A stretch of 62,965 nucleotides of DNA, counting the filler, from Choristocarpus tenellus KU-1152 (Eukaryota; Protista; Phaeophyceae), in the NCBI GenBank assembly GCA_964200185.2. It is 11 parts of 11 records of this genome, joined end to end, with 100 filler letters (N's around TTAATTAATTAA, not from the genome) between each part and the next. Parts side by side here need not be neighbours in the genome. Positions count along the whole stretch, not along the records: positions 1 to 4,160 come from CAXNAD020015914.1; positions 4,261 to 8,932 come from CAXNAD020013526.1; positions 9,033 to 18,955 come from CAXNAD020003279.1; 8 more parts are not named here. One strand, 5' to 3'. The translations under genes were made by a program, and so were the position numbers. The stretch's first letter is position 1, and the number at the start of each line of letters is the position of its first letter. Under the pieces are notes generated by a model that saw nothing but the letters and a program-made list of their open reading frames with translations, was not told the DNA's origin and searched no databases. Of this stretch, positions 1 through 13,011 are shown in pieces.

Positions 1-966
1 CCTCCCCCCCTCCCAGATACTTTGGGTCATCTCTTCCATTGTTCCATGATAGTTGCTTGCTTCCAGAGTAGCCATCCATACTCATCGTCATGGATGTACT
101 GATCTGCCTCTTTTGACATGAAAGTCTTCAGGTGCTGGTAGAAATCAGCTTGGTCCTCACAGCGAATAAGATCTTAAATCTCCTTAGTGTGGGGGTCAAG
201 AAACCCCTGCAAAGCGGATACCCTCACCCATTTGAGCTGTTCAAATAACCTTCAACGCCTTACTGAGAGTGCCATTTTCGAGGTCTGTGTAGAGTTGTTT
301 CCATGCCTTTTTCCGTTCCTTCCAGGCTTCCAGGAAGTTTGTTTAGAGGTTGGCCACTTGCACACCGTCCTGCAGGCAGCGCCTTCCGTGAAGGGGTGGA
401 AGGACTTCTACGTACGGCAGCGTCCAAAAAATGGTCTGTGCATGAAGATTTCAATCGAAACCAGATTTCCATGGAAAGAAAAATCTGGCGTCGAGGGGGT
501 TCCATCCAAATGAAACAGTGAATAATCTACGATACCCGAAATCTACTGATGATGGTCGAGGAAAAGGAAATAAGATCCTGTTGAGAGTTGTCGACATTCC
601 CAGGTACATCGTTTGTGTCGTTCTCTCAAGGAGTTTGAGGATTTTTGTAGGACTTCATGGAAACAGAAGGTGATGGAGATATATCAACATTTCTTAATTT
701 GATTACATTATGATTGAGCGATATATAATTATGGAGGGAAGGGAATATTTGAGAAATCGGAGAGGTTCGACTGGCGGCATGTTTCATGATATACACACAA
801 ACGTACACAACAGCAACACTTTTAGCCAGTATTGAAACCTGCAAGAGAGCGCTTGCACCCAGCCTACTACCACTGCCTTTCCCACAGCAGCAAAACAATA
901 ATATTGCGTATCTTTGTCAATTAATAGAGTTGCACATCTGTATCTAGTTATAGACGAGCGAGAATA

Positions 967-3900
967 ATGGTTTTCCTTGTTAAGGGTACCATTTCTCGAG
1001 CAGCCAGGCTCGCGTTGCCTATGCGCAGTCGAGTGAGCCAAGCGTCAATGCCCGTGGCGGCTCAGAGATCTCTATCAACGGAGGAAGGAACGGAACCTAC
1101 TGTACGAGAACCCGGAAAACTCCCTGTCAGTTTCGAGGTTAGCTGGATCTCGATATGTAGGACTAGGATCTGTTGTGTGAACATTCTCGCTGGCACTATT
1201 CACTATGAATCTGGAAGATATGGTTCATTGTCTTTCTACACCTGTACCTTTCTCGGCATTGAACGTAAGAAAGATCTTGGAGACCATTTCAAAGCTACAA
1301 TCCTAGTGTTCCGCAGAGAATCCTGGATAGATGTGATGCTTACTCCTTGTGACGTTGACCTGAAACTGAGAAGGATTCGTGCATCACGAATGACCTTGGA
1401 AATGACTTGACCACCAGGCTCGTTTGCTTCATCATGTTCACAACTGTAACTTATCGCTATTGACGTTCTGTATCTGGTGTGGCATGTTTTCTGTGGCCTC
1501 TTACCTGAGAACAAGATTATTTGTCAACATTCTCATTGGATTAACTAACGTGCTGATAATTAACGGATTATTGGAAGTCTTCGGTTCCTCTCCTGATTAT
1601 CCTTTGCTCCGGCATAAGTGGAGAGGGTCTATTTTCGATCCCCTGCATATGATCCATTTGAACCTGTTACAATCCGCCTCCTATAGCAACTAGAAAAGCT
1701 TTTTGTCCCTTTCTGAGGTTACGTTTGCCTGATCACATGTCTCCGGTATACCAAGCCGAAACGACCCCTTACCTTCCATATGTTTACAATCTATTCCTTA
1801 CTGGGTACTCTGACTGTATGGTGTGATCTCTTCTTTACCATACCTATCACTTGTTATTGTATGTAGAGCTATTCCGTGTATTTACCTCCTTTTCGATATC
1901 TTTTGGCTTCCGCTGTGACAGTGGTTACCGATTGTAAGCCCCACCCTCTCCCATGGTCCATGTTCTCCATCCCGTGCAAACGAACCGCCAGGATGTAAGT
2001 AAGGCCATGCACCGCATCCGGGGTGGCATAGTGCGCACGGATATGAAGCGGAGTAATGGTCTGAGTGAGCTGTGTGGCATGGAGGTATGTGGCGGCCTTG
2101 ATTTAACTACCGTGACAACAGGATGACTGCAAATCATTTTATTTTTTTATTCTGTTTTTTTTCATTGTTGTACCTACTGTTCGTTTCTCTTTTAAACGTG
2201 TACTCAGACAAGTACTAAGTTGTATACACATATCAGTATAAATGAACTAAGTGCACACATACATAGATACATGCATAGATACACACATAATATGCATTCT
2301 GTATGCTTGCATGTCTACATTTATCACGACTTCTCACATCGAATTATCGCTTTAAAAAAAAAAAGGTTTACTTCAAGCTTGAGTTCCAGCAGTTCACTGG
2401 TTCGTTCAAGGAGAGAGGGGCCCGAAATGCCATCTTGTCCCTCAGTGAGGTCGGTTATGGTTATTCCTGGAGTGAAGGTTTCAGTTGTAGGACGGGTATG
2501 AGATGAGGCCGAGTGTAGGGGGCAGAGGGAGGTGCTGGTCATACTCAGAAGGATTGATGAGATGATCTTGTTAGATGATAAAGTTCGAAAGAAAACTGGC
2601 TTGTTAAGAGCAAGGTGTTTGTGGGTTGAAGTATTTTGTATGGAGAGTTTTTATTTTCTGGTATTTTTAATTTGTCTCAGATTGGGATACCGTTGTCCGT
2701 GACCCTTTAAACCTATTGCCTGATATCGATACTATTTCATCCAACCTCAATTGTTGTACATATTTGAAGTTCTAATGGCAAGCCGGAGAGATGATGCAAG
2801 GGTGTAATTGATCATATTGAGCATTATCACTGTGATGTTACCGTTGATGGGGTGAGAGAGGTGCGGAGAATGAATGCGCCCATTCTGTTGAGTCATTGTA
2901 AAATGATCTTGGCATTTCAGTCGTTCATAAATTCCCTTTATTTATACTTCTTCCCCCCCCTCCCACCCCCCCAACCTCCTTCCAGGACGAGAAGTCCAGG
3001 GGCGTTATTGCAGCCAGTGCTGGAAACCATGCGCTCGCGTTGGCATGGCATGGTTCTCAGATGGGAGTGCCGGTGACGGTTGTCATGCCCGACATTGCGC
3101 CGCTTACCAAGGCAAGTGTGGAAGGATGGAAGGGAGTGTTGAGTTATTTGGATTGTGTACATACGTGTATGTGCTTTTTTTCTTTCGTACTACTTTTTTT
3201 CCATGAGTTCTTTTACATTTCGTTGTAGTAGTAGCAGTAGTTTTTTGTTCTAATGATGCAGCAGAACAATATCAGATGGTTGAAAGGAAGGCCATGTTCT
3301 CTTGAACACCCCTTCCCCCCCCCCCCCTATTTCCTCCCTCCCTCTCCTTGTCTTCTTGTTTCCTGAGTACAATTAATGTTGGTTATGTGACCAACTGTGG
3401 TGCTGGAAAAGTCTCCTACTAATACCTGCAGTCACTGTCACGCAACGTCTTGCCTCAAAATGCTGTGCTGTGTTGTAGTGCATCTGTGGTGACCTTCCTC
3501 CAACGAATACTACTACCAACTTAGTTTGCTGGGATGGACAGAGCGAGAGAGAATAGATGCCTTGCAATACTGAATGAATCACGATCCACCTCCCCCTAAA
3601 CCAGACAAGCTTCCCAGGTACTACTAGAAGATACTCATTTTGCGTTGATCTTGCTATGGTTAGACCTAGTCAATCTTAACTGTCATCATCACACTTCACT
3701 GTTGCCACTTGGGATGGTATGCAACACTCATCCGGAACCGGAACCTTCATGTGCACTCTTCCTTACCGCACCTCTATACCATAACTCTCTGCCCCTTGTT
3801 TGAATTTTGAACACACCCCCAGCAACTTGTCCCATCTTAATTGTGCCTCTCCCCTCCCAATGTACTTCTCTCCGTACATGGTGTCCACTTCTTTCTGATC

Positions 3901-4135
3901 GGTGATGATGTTGTGGGACGTTTGTTTCCCTTGTTTTGGTAGTCTGCTCATCTTTTCTATCGCTGACTGCATGACACTCCTTTGTTTTCCCCTACGTGTT
4001 GTATCTACGTATGTATATATATACTCAATCAATCAGGTCAACAAGTGCAAGGCCATGAAGGGGGTGAACGTTGTCCAGCATGGACAACACATCCTCGAGG
4101 CTAAGGACTATGCTGTGACGGCCCCAGAGTTTCAG
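967..4135 (+). CDS. ilvA: Threonine dehydratase/ammonia-lyase (fold-type II PLP enzyme) with probable mitochondrial presequence; 5 exons, 3' truncated
   Basis: Exons 967-1137, 1992-2084, 2366-2449, 2986-3111 and 4037-4135 join in phase 0. The product has FKLEFQQFTGSFKERGA (PLP lysine) and VIAASAGNHALALAW...VTVVMP. The N-terminus is Arg/Ser/Ala-rich. Intron 4 has a GC donor. Confidence 0.93.
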
Positions 4136-4160
4136 GTTCCCCCCCCCCCCCTCCCCCCCC

Positions 4161-4260
4161 NNNNNNNNNNNNNNNNNNNNNNNNNNNNNNNNNNNNNNNN
4201 NNNNTTAATTAATTAANNNNNNNNNNNNNNNNNNNNNNNNNNNNNNNNNNNNNNNNNNNN
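4161..4260. other. Artificial contig linker (N-run, TTAATTAATTAA, N-run); first of 10
   Basis: Same 100-nt spacer at 4161-4260, 8933-9032, 18956-19055, 22268-22367, 25491-25590, 29693-29792, 34165-34264, 43552-43651, 54772-54871 and 60320-60419. The core places stop codons across reading frames. Confidence 0.98.
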
Positions 4261-4540
4261 CTCCCCCCCCCCCCCCTCTGTACATGGGTTTCTTGACCTA
4301 ACCTGGGTCAGGCGGTACACACCTGACCAGGTAAAGAAAATAAGTTCTTTGGCACGACAATAATGCCTTTGAATTCACAGAAACCCAGCCATCACACAGT
4401 GTGAGGATGAAGGTGGTATTCAAGGCAGCTCTATCTAGAGCAAAAAAAAAAAAAATTGCATGATCATCACCGCTCCTACTCCTCAAGATGTGATGTCATC
4501 ACTCTCCAAGATATGATACAGCACTACCAAACAAAACACG

Positions 4541-6939
4541 GGGTTAGGGTTAAGGTTTGTATTGGAGATAACCTTGAAATATCAGATTAAAAAAAACTCA
4601 TTCTCTGATGTGATATGATATGATATGATATGATATGATACGACGTGATACAATACAATATGAAACAGTAATCTTCTTTGTGTATCAGCATGCACTTACG
4701 CCTCTTCTGTTGATTTAAAAGTCTAGTTGATACACATGCAATGGTAGCCTTGGGCACAAAAGACAGGTAACACATGACACTGAGAGGGGGACACTATACC
4801 TTATAATGAGAAAGAATGACTGCACAGTCTACAGGAGTGTACTCTCTTGTACACTTCAAGTCTTGGAGCACCTACTCATTCAAGGCAAAACAGATATCAA
4901 AACCCTAACCCTAACACTAATTCAATAATAATAATAATAATGCAGGATGGGAATCAAATGATTGAGGCAAGAAGGCGTGTCCAAGACTGTACACACATAA
5001 CACCTTGGAAGCAGTATCAACAAATAACACAATGCATCCCTGGAATAGGAAAACCTCAGCCGATGATGGTCTCTACCTTCTACAGATACTGCCCCTAGGG
5101 TTAGGGTTACAACATCAAAAATAGTTTGAAAATAAAAGCATTGGGGAAGGATTAAGTCAGATATTAATACATTCTCACCCTCTTGCTATGACAACGCCTC
5201 CCATCACATAGGTTTAGGAAAACAGGGCAGACACAAGAAGGTATACCTTCAATTGTCATCAAAATCCCACCTTGTCTATTTCGTCTATATAAACAATACC
5301 GCGCTGACAGCGGTCGATATCCTGCCTACTTTCCACATACAGCTTGTGAAGAAATGCCTCCACATCTTCACCAACATAACCAGCCTTCTCATGGTTTCCC
5401 ACAGATCACACAGGCATGCCATCATGCACACACACACACACACAATTGCGCAATAGTAGATTAGAGGATAGTAAAGGATACAAAGGGTAACAGTCATGAC
5501 AAAAAGCTCAAAATCTATTTCTTTAAAAAAAAGGTGTACTACTGTGAACATAAAGATAAAAACATAAGCGGGTTCCCTCTTCCCTTTCCATATGTACCAT
5601 GTACAATACTATGTTTCACCATGGTGTTAATAGTGTTAATAATAATGGAAACAGCACAACACCAATTCTTGCTTGTGTTCCTTCTTGTCAAACACCGGAT
5701 AGATCCTTATACATCAAAGTGACACCAGGTGAATCCTCGCATTATGTTGCTACATCTGTCCTTATACATCTGTCTTAAAGGTCCCCTAAACCAGTGTGCG
5801 AGCATCTCAATGATGTCACATCAACATCAATAAATTACATAATGCGTGACTATATGTATATTGTGTATGTATAGCATAGGGTTAGGGTTATATATAGTAT
5901 ATATGGATCCTCAAACTCCCACATGGGTGTTTGTGCTGTTATTGTATAGTGGGGTGTAAGCAAGTATGGTTTTCCACAAATATATGAAGGCATTCCTTGA
6001 GGGGATGTGCGTTAAAAGCATACCCTTCGACCGGTGCCTGATAACAAGCACTCAACTCTAACATGTTAATAAATTAACTAGTTCTAGTTAACATCAAGAA
6101 CCAAATACTGGAGTACTAAACAATAAAAAAATACTACCAACAGACCAAAAATCAAGGTGATACATATTTTTAATTTACAAGGACAGTCCTGTACAATACG
6201 GGCAAGTTGAAGGTATCTTCCAACATACAAGTACACAACTAATGCAATTAATGCTACATAACTAAAAATAGTCCGAGAATATCTAGCATAAGAACACCTC
6301 ATAACACCTCAAAAGGCAAGCAAGTGTTTAAGAGCAATTAGCATTTGGCGATCCTCCAAGATAACCCTAACCCTAACCCATAAAAAAGAGCAAAATAGAA
6401 AAGAGGCAGGTAATAATTAAAGAGTTGACCCCGGACCGTACCCCAACCTCAAAGAATGTTCCAGGAAATTATTATGCAAAAAATTATGGAGCTGGAGTTT
6501 GGGTTAGAGCTACAGACACAATAACAGAGTAAATGGCTTTAGCCACAAGGTTGGAAAACAAGGCTTAGAGCAAAATCAGACAAAATTGCCACAAAAAGTT
6601 ATCAAGGGAACCCTTGACAGGATAAGTTATACCCTCAACACTTCAGTCTCTCCTCAGTGTTTAAAAAAAAGAAAGTAGACTACATAGAGACCAACATCAA
6701 CTAAGATAATAATAATAATAGTAATAACAAAAGTGATAAGAATAATAGTAATAGTAATAGTAAAAATAAAAATATTGGTACACACCAAACAGTAGGTTCT
6801 GCAACCCCCCTTCTACCTCCCTAGACATAGTTAGGATGGCAACAAACAAAAATATTGTGAGAACTTTTCTAACTTCTTAAAATTCAATAATCTTTTCAAG
6901 AGATAACTCACTTCGCCCTCATGCATTTTAGGGTTAGGG
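4541..6939. repeat. Cluster of short interstitial telomere-type (TTAGGG)2-3 tracts
   Basis: Tracts at about 4541-4555, 4901-4915, 5096-5109, 5877-5890, 6362-6380 and 6928-6939, in both orientations. Confidence 0.85.
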
Positions 6940-7716
6940 ATAGACATGATGCCACCTATGGAGGGTGCACCAGTTGCTACAGTGGCTAACTAAATACAAA
7001 AAAATCAACAGATGGTGTTTGATTCCCACAATAACAATAACAAATAAAATAAACTGGTAATAAAGATAGTAACAATAAACAATAAACTTAATCAATAAAG
7101 ATAGTAACAACAAACAATAAAATTAATCAATAAAGATAGTAACAATAAACAATAAAATTAATCAATAAAGATAGTAACAATAAACAATAAACTTAATCAA
7201 TAAAGATAGTAACAATAAACAATAAAAATAATCAATAAAGATAGTAACAATAAACAATAAAATTAATCAATAAAGATAGTAACAATAACAATAAACTTAA
7301 TCAATAAAGATAGTAACAATAAACAATAAAATTAATCAATAAAGATAGTAACAATAAACAATAAACTTAATCAATAAATATAGTAACAATAAACAATAAA
7401 TTAATCAATAAAGATAGTAACAATAAACAATAAAATTAATCAATAAATATAATAACAATAAACAATAAAAATGACCGCGACAACAGTAATAAATAAAAAT
7501 AAAATTAATCAACAAAGATAGTAATGAAACATGGCTGCACCTTACCTGGGTGAGACAAGTGGCATCAGCAATCACGAAGGGCACATCCACAAGCTTAGCC
7601 AACGTCTCCGCCAAAAGTGTCTTACCCGACCCTGTGGGACCCACAATCATGATATTTGTCTTGTCCAGCACAACAGGCTCCACCTCCCGCCCATTGAGCA
7701 AGACTAATCCAGGACC
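5271..7716 (-). CDS. clpX: ATP-dependent Clp protease ATPase ClpX (organellar), two internal exons
   Basis: Exon 7716-7546 reads [41 protein letters not shown] (Walker A). It splices in phase 0 to exon 5384-5271, AGYVGEDVE...[12 protein letters not shown] (GYVG pore loop, Walker B). Confidence 0.95.
7059..7470. repeat. AT-rich 35-bp minisatellite, about 12 copies, in the clpX intron
   Basis: Unit AATAAAGATAGTAACAATAAACAATAAA(A/C)TTAATC repeated head-to-tail without unique spacers. Confidence 0.95.
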
Positions 7717-10612
7717 CTACCAGAGATACATACATATAAATATAAATATTAACATATATACATACATACATACATACACACATGAATATGCAGAAAGCAT
7801 CCCTAAAGGAAGGGAAAGGCAGGTCAAGACTGAGGAGAATGCAAGGAGCTTGAAAACAGAATTCCCTTGCCTTGTAAGATAATTTTGTTGCTATCCATCA
7901 AACTAGACATACATTGACAACATGTACACAGCAAAATCAAACACATGCATGCGTGTATGCGTGTGTGTGTGAAAACCAGATCCATTGAAAAATAACCATC
8001 CTGGAACGGTTCTCACAATAAAAAAAAAGCAGGGAGTCACAAGGAGACAATCATCACAACACTCCAACCTACGGAGTCAGCCCTTCACACCAATCCCTCC
8101 CTCCAGCATCCCACTAAAAGACTCGTCCCCTACCATCAAGTCCCCCCCCCCCCCCCCCCCGTACATATAAGAATGTGTTCATATGAGTACACATCCACTC
8201 ACATAAAAATAAAAATAAAACACAAAAAAATGCAAGCACTATGCCATACGCCACACAAAAACAATCAGCTGTTTTTTCTACACCTGCACAGGCCTTGACT
8301 GAGCCACCCTGGAAGGCAGAGAAGATTGCGCGGTTTGATGTTGAAGTTGATGTTGGTGCTGCTTGACCTTTGTGCATTAACCAGGGAAGGTTTGTTACGT
8401 TGATGCCCACCATGACAATGGCAATTATTATTGTAACAACAACAATACTAATAATGATAATGATAATATTAATTTGTGATAATATTAATTTGTGATAATA
8501 TTAATTTGTGCTGGAGTATATACACCGATTTGACATAAAAAAACTAGATCGATGGGGAACAAAAAAATGGGGTTTCAGTTGAGTAGGCGGTGATGCCAAC
8601 ACTGAGAAATATCATTGCCGACAAATATCTTAACAATTAAATGTACTGGTCTTGTAAATATCATAACACACTTCTCTGCTGACCTCTGACTAAATTAGAC
8701 CTTTAGAAAATACAAGGCAAAAATATGGATTAGTTCCATTAAAAATGATCTGGATTAGTGATAGCGAAACACACCATGCATTATTAATACCATTATTAAT
8801 AATTAATACCACTGATTCATACAATCAGAGAGAACAAAACAGCTAACCCCAACTCTAATCAGCAAACTCCTGGGAATGGTATTGCATCACTAAAAAATAA
8901 CTATTCTAAGCCCCCCCCCCCCCACCCCACCCNNNNNNNNNNNNNNNNNNNNNNNNNNNNNNNNNNNNNNNNNNNNTTAATTAATTAANNNNNNNNNNNN
9001 NNNNNNNNNNNNNNNNNNNNNNNNNNNNNNNNGGGGGGGATGGGAAGGTATTGGAAGGATATGAGCCCTCTCCACAAGCCATCATGCTGTCTAGGTGTCA
9101 CTTATTGTTGAGTTCTTGTTTTGAATGATGAAGCAGGAGGTACATGGTTATGAGTAGTAAGGGGGAAGCAAGGGCACGCTTCAAGCAAGATGGGTGTGCA
9201 AAAATGGAACACGAGGGGGGTCAAACCGTTTAGAAGAGGTTTAATCTCCCAAGTGTATTTTGCAGTTTTTCCATTTTGTTAAATATGGTCATTGTGTGCA
9301 TATGGGCACTCTTGCTGGGAGTAAGCATTAGATGAACTGGCTCCTCTTTGGTTGGACGAAACTGTTTGATTTCGTGTAAGAAAAAAAAAAAATGTTTTGT
9401 TTTTTTACAGGGTGGGACTGTGTAACCAGCATCAGCTAAGGTAGTAGACCTTGGAGTAAATATCCTCCTGCTCTGTGGCACGGAATTTGATCTCCTCGCC
9501 ACGACTCATAGAGGAGCTAGACCGTGTCGAATATTTTCCTTTTAATTTGTTTATTTTTCGAATGGTACCTTGCTCTCCAGTGGTACACAGGTCTCCAATA
9601 GTAGTGCCACTATCCAGTAGATCATCAAGTTTCCCATGACTGCAGAACCTGTGCTTCCTGATCTGAGTCCAAGTGAACCTTCTGGACTCCTGTCAAAGAG
9701 TCTGCCAATCGTACAGATTAAGGGAAGCAGGTTCGGAGACTATGGTAGGACATGTAGAGTACATACATAACCTTGGTCCAAATCACTCACACAGACGGTT
9801 CCTTGGTCCCTGCTTCTCCTGTGTTGTTGTCTAAGCGTCTTTGAAAAGGTACTTCACAGGCTAGTCGGACTTACATATGATCCTCCTATGATAGATGTTT
9901 TGGTGCGATATTTTTGAACTCCTCTTTTTTACTTTATTTGTTGTAGAATGAATAGATAATTTTGGTTCGTAGGTCGCATGCAATCTCCAATCGGTGTTAA
10001 AAGAAAGCAATGCGTGTAATCACTATCTCGTCGAAAACGTCAAATTCATTCATTCGTATTTTACCATTGCACACAGAAAAATAATAAATTCAGTAGGATC
10101 CCAATACAGCTGCTACTTCGCTTCCTACTGCATGATCAAAATCCTCTCTTCATGGAAGTACACACATACCGGAACATTATAAATTGAGACGATAAATGCT
10201 GTGTTGTTATGATACTGAAGTACTTCTCTTCGAAGGTGCTATCCGCAGGAGTCCTACAATAGAAGACTGGGGTGTATGTTGACAAGCCGCGATGAATTTC
10301 CTTTCAAAGTGTACTTGTAAGTTTAGTGTGAGTAGCTCACACTTCAACAACCTTGTGTACACTGCTGAGTAAATACTGTGGAGTGCACAGGCGACTGCTT
10401 GAATCCCAGGTACAGGCAATCAACATATACAATAAAATTAAGCCTTTTCATTCTGACGTTTGAAGAACTCTCACCGATGCACTGTCTGCCTACGGACGTT
10501 GAGTGGCGGTTTCAACACCTCTTGCTTACATCGTACGGCAACACTTAAGATGAGTACAAGTTGATCAATATATTGGGGGTAAAAGTCCATCCCTAATCAA
10601 ACATTGCTGTCC

Positions 10613-12971
10613 TCAAGTTAGGAACCTCTCTTCATCTTGCCGTGCCTTCTCTTCCACCTCAGCCCTGGATGTTTGAACCATCCCTCGGAGCTTGGTTGGT
10701 AACAACCTCTTCCTATCGCTTGCTGCTCCTGTCCTTGTTTCAACCAAGACATCGATGGATAATCCGTCCACAGGACTGGCTCTGCCACAGCGCCGGGCAT
10801 CAGATTCTTTCTGGGTGGATGTCTTGCACATGTTGTATCCATGTTCTTGCCTGAGAGGGAGCATCCGTACTGGTTGAGACTGCTTTTTCCTTTGCTCTCC
10901 AGGTCCTCCAACTTTCTTTGCACCTAACCAGGCTTTGGAGTTGTGCTCAGGGGCACCTTGTGGGTAGGAACCCCTCGGAGTTAGGGGTTGAAGCATGTCC
11001 CTGTCTGCAGTGGCAGCGTGTGTGTCGCCCAAACCCAAGAGGTCTTCAATACCCTCTGCATGCTCTTGCTTCCTCAGAGTTGCTTCCAGTTTCTTGCTGA
11101 ATTGACGGAGATCTTCGAAAGTTGGGGGAACTGCAGGTGATGCTTTAGAGTGGGCGCCGTCCCCTAGCCCAGGGGGGGGGCGAGGGTGCCCGTGCCTCCT
11201 TGTTTCTTCCACCTCTGCTTCTACCCTGGTATGAACCTCTTTCTCAAGAAGCTGAGTGAGGTCCTCTACCTCGTCCATGAGGCTCTTCATCGCATTTGGG
11301 TCAGGGGTTGCAGATAGGTTCAGGACAGGAAGGCTTAGTTAGAGGGGAAAGAGATAGGAGGGATCATAGTACAGCGAAGAAGTCCCAAGCGCAGTGGAAT
11401 TTTATAACCTCCGTTTAAGGAAGGGAACGGTAATTGCAAGATTCGGCGAAAAAGTAAAAATATGGTACTAATTGTGGAAAGCATGTTTGTTATTATACCG
11501 TAATGCTCGTATGCCATATACCGTTATACCGTGGTACCGATTAAGGTTCGCGGTTATGTAATTAATATATGCAGATTATGATGCGACTTTTGGTTACCTA
11601 GAGGTCATATATTATTGCAATGTATTTTATTTTTTTTTCTGGATGCAAGAATTCATCGCTCAAGGTGTAATTATTAACGAAAGTTGCTAGTATCTCGGCA
11701 TTTCCAGTACAAATATTTCATGAAAAAAGTGATGAAAATGAGTGTAAGTAACTAACTTACAACTATGTGCTTTGAGAACAGATGCAAACCGTGCTGAGTC
11801 TAGATGGTACTCCGAGTATACAAGAGCACCATTGGAAATGCCCCTCAAAATTGGGACAGATTGGATATGTGGTGTGCACTGAGATTCTCAATTTTTTACT
11901 ACTTTTTCTGTGAAGGCTTACAGAAGTGGTACGCAATTTACACTCTGCTTTTGAGCAAAATACACATACAGGTGATGGGACGGAGGCTACTGATAGCAGT
12001 GATCCGCACAGTAGCAATGTGTTTGCATCCAAAGAGCTGTTGGCCAACCAAAACGCAAGGTAGGTCAGACCTGGTTCAAAAACAACTCAAACCATGGCCT
12101 TTACTTTTATATTTTCCTAGAACCACACCAGCAGGTACACAGGTAAACAATGGCATCGATCATTTATGATTAAGTAGTCAAATGGAATGCCTCTATTGAC
12201 AAGGTCATGGGATGCAGCAGGAATATTAGTGTAGCAGTTAGAGAGGGGTAGGACAGAAAGGTGAGCACCGATTAGTCAGCTGAAGAGATTGTCACATATA
12301 TTTGTTGGGTGAGGAAAGGGTATATTGCATTGTGAGGTGTATGGAGCGAGGGAAACACCTTGGCTTCCTCATTCAGAGCAGATCGAAGCTCGCCCAGAGC
12401 AGAGTCAATGGTTGCTACAGAGAGTCCGTCAGTAATGCTCTCCAGGTACTCAGGGGCTGACCTTAACAGCAGATAGAGTAGAAAAATGGTGGGGTTGATG
12501 GTGTTGACATTGTGGTAGGGAGACCTGGCTTATGTGATGAAGGGATGGTATTATTGATCTTAGCTGATGTGGTTGGTTCCTTCCAGAAATAGTGTGACAG
12601 TCCCCTGCCTGGCACAAGAAGTCGCCTTTCATACACATTACATTGTTTGTAACAGGTGAGAGGTAAAACATCGGGCTCTTCAACATTGTGCTACAACTGA
12701 CTCAAGGGAGGGATGTTGTGGATGATAGAACCAGACACACACACACACACACATATACTCTCCACGATATCACAAGGGATTGGATAGGTTAGCAAACCCT
12801 CTGTGAATCATCACATGCGACCCGTCTATTTTGGAACAAAGAGAGCTAAAAAAAAAATGTAGTTCCAACAGATCAACAAAACGCGACTGTTACGGGACAA
12901 TTGCAAGGAGTTGGGAGACAGCAAAAGAGGGTAGGCATGCCCCTCACAGCCCCAAGGGCGAGCGAGTGAGA

Positions 12972-13011
<40 letters not shown>

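Noticed and set aside
7059-7470. CRISPR-like 35-bp periodicity
   Set aside because: No unique spacers and no cas genes; it is an intronic minisatellite.
8285-8370. Possible further clpX exon (GQAAPTSTSTSNRAIF...)
   Set aside because: No ClpX motif, and the phase is not clearly compatible.
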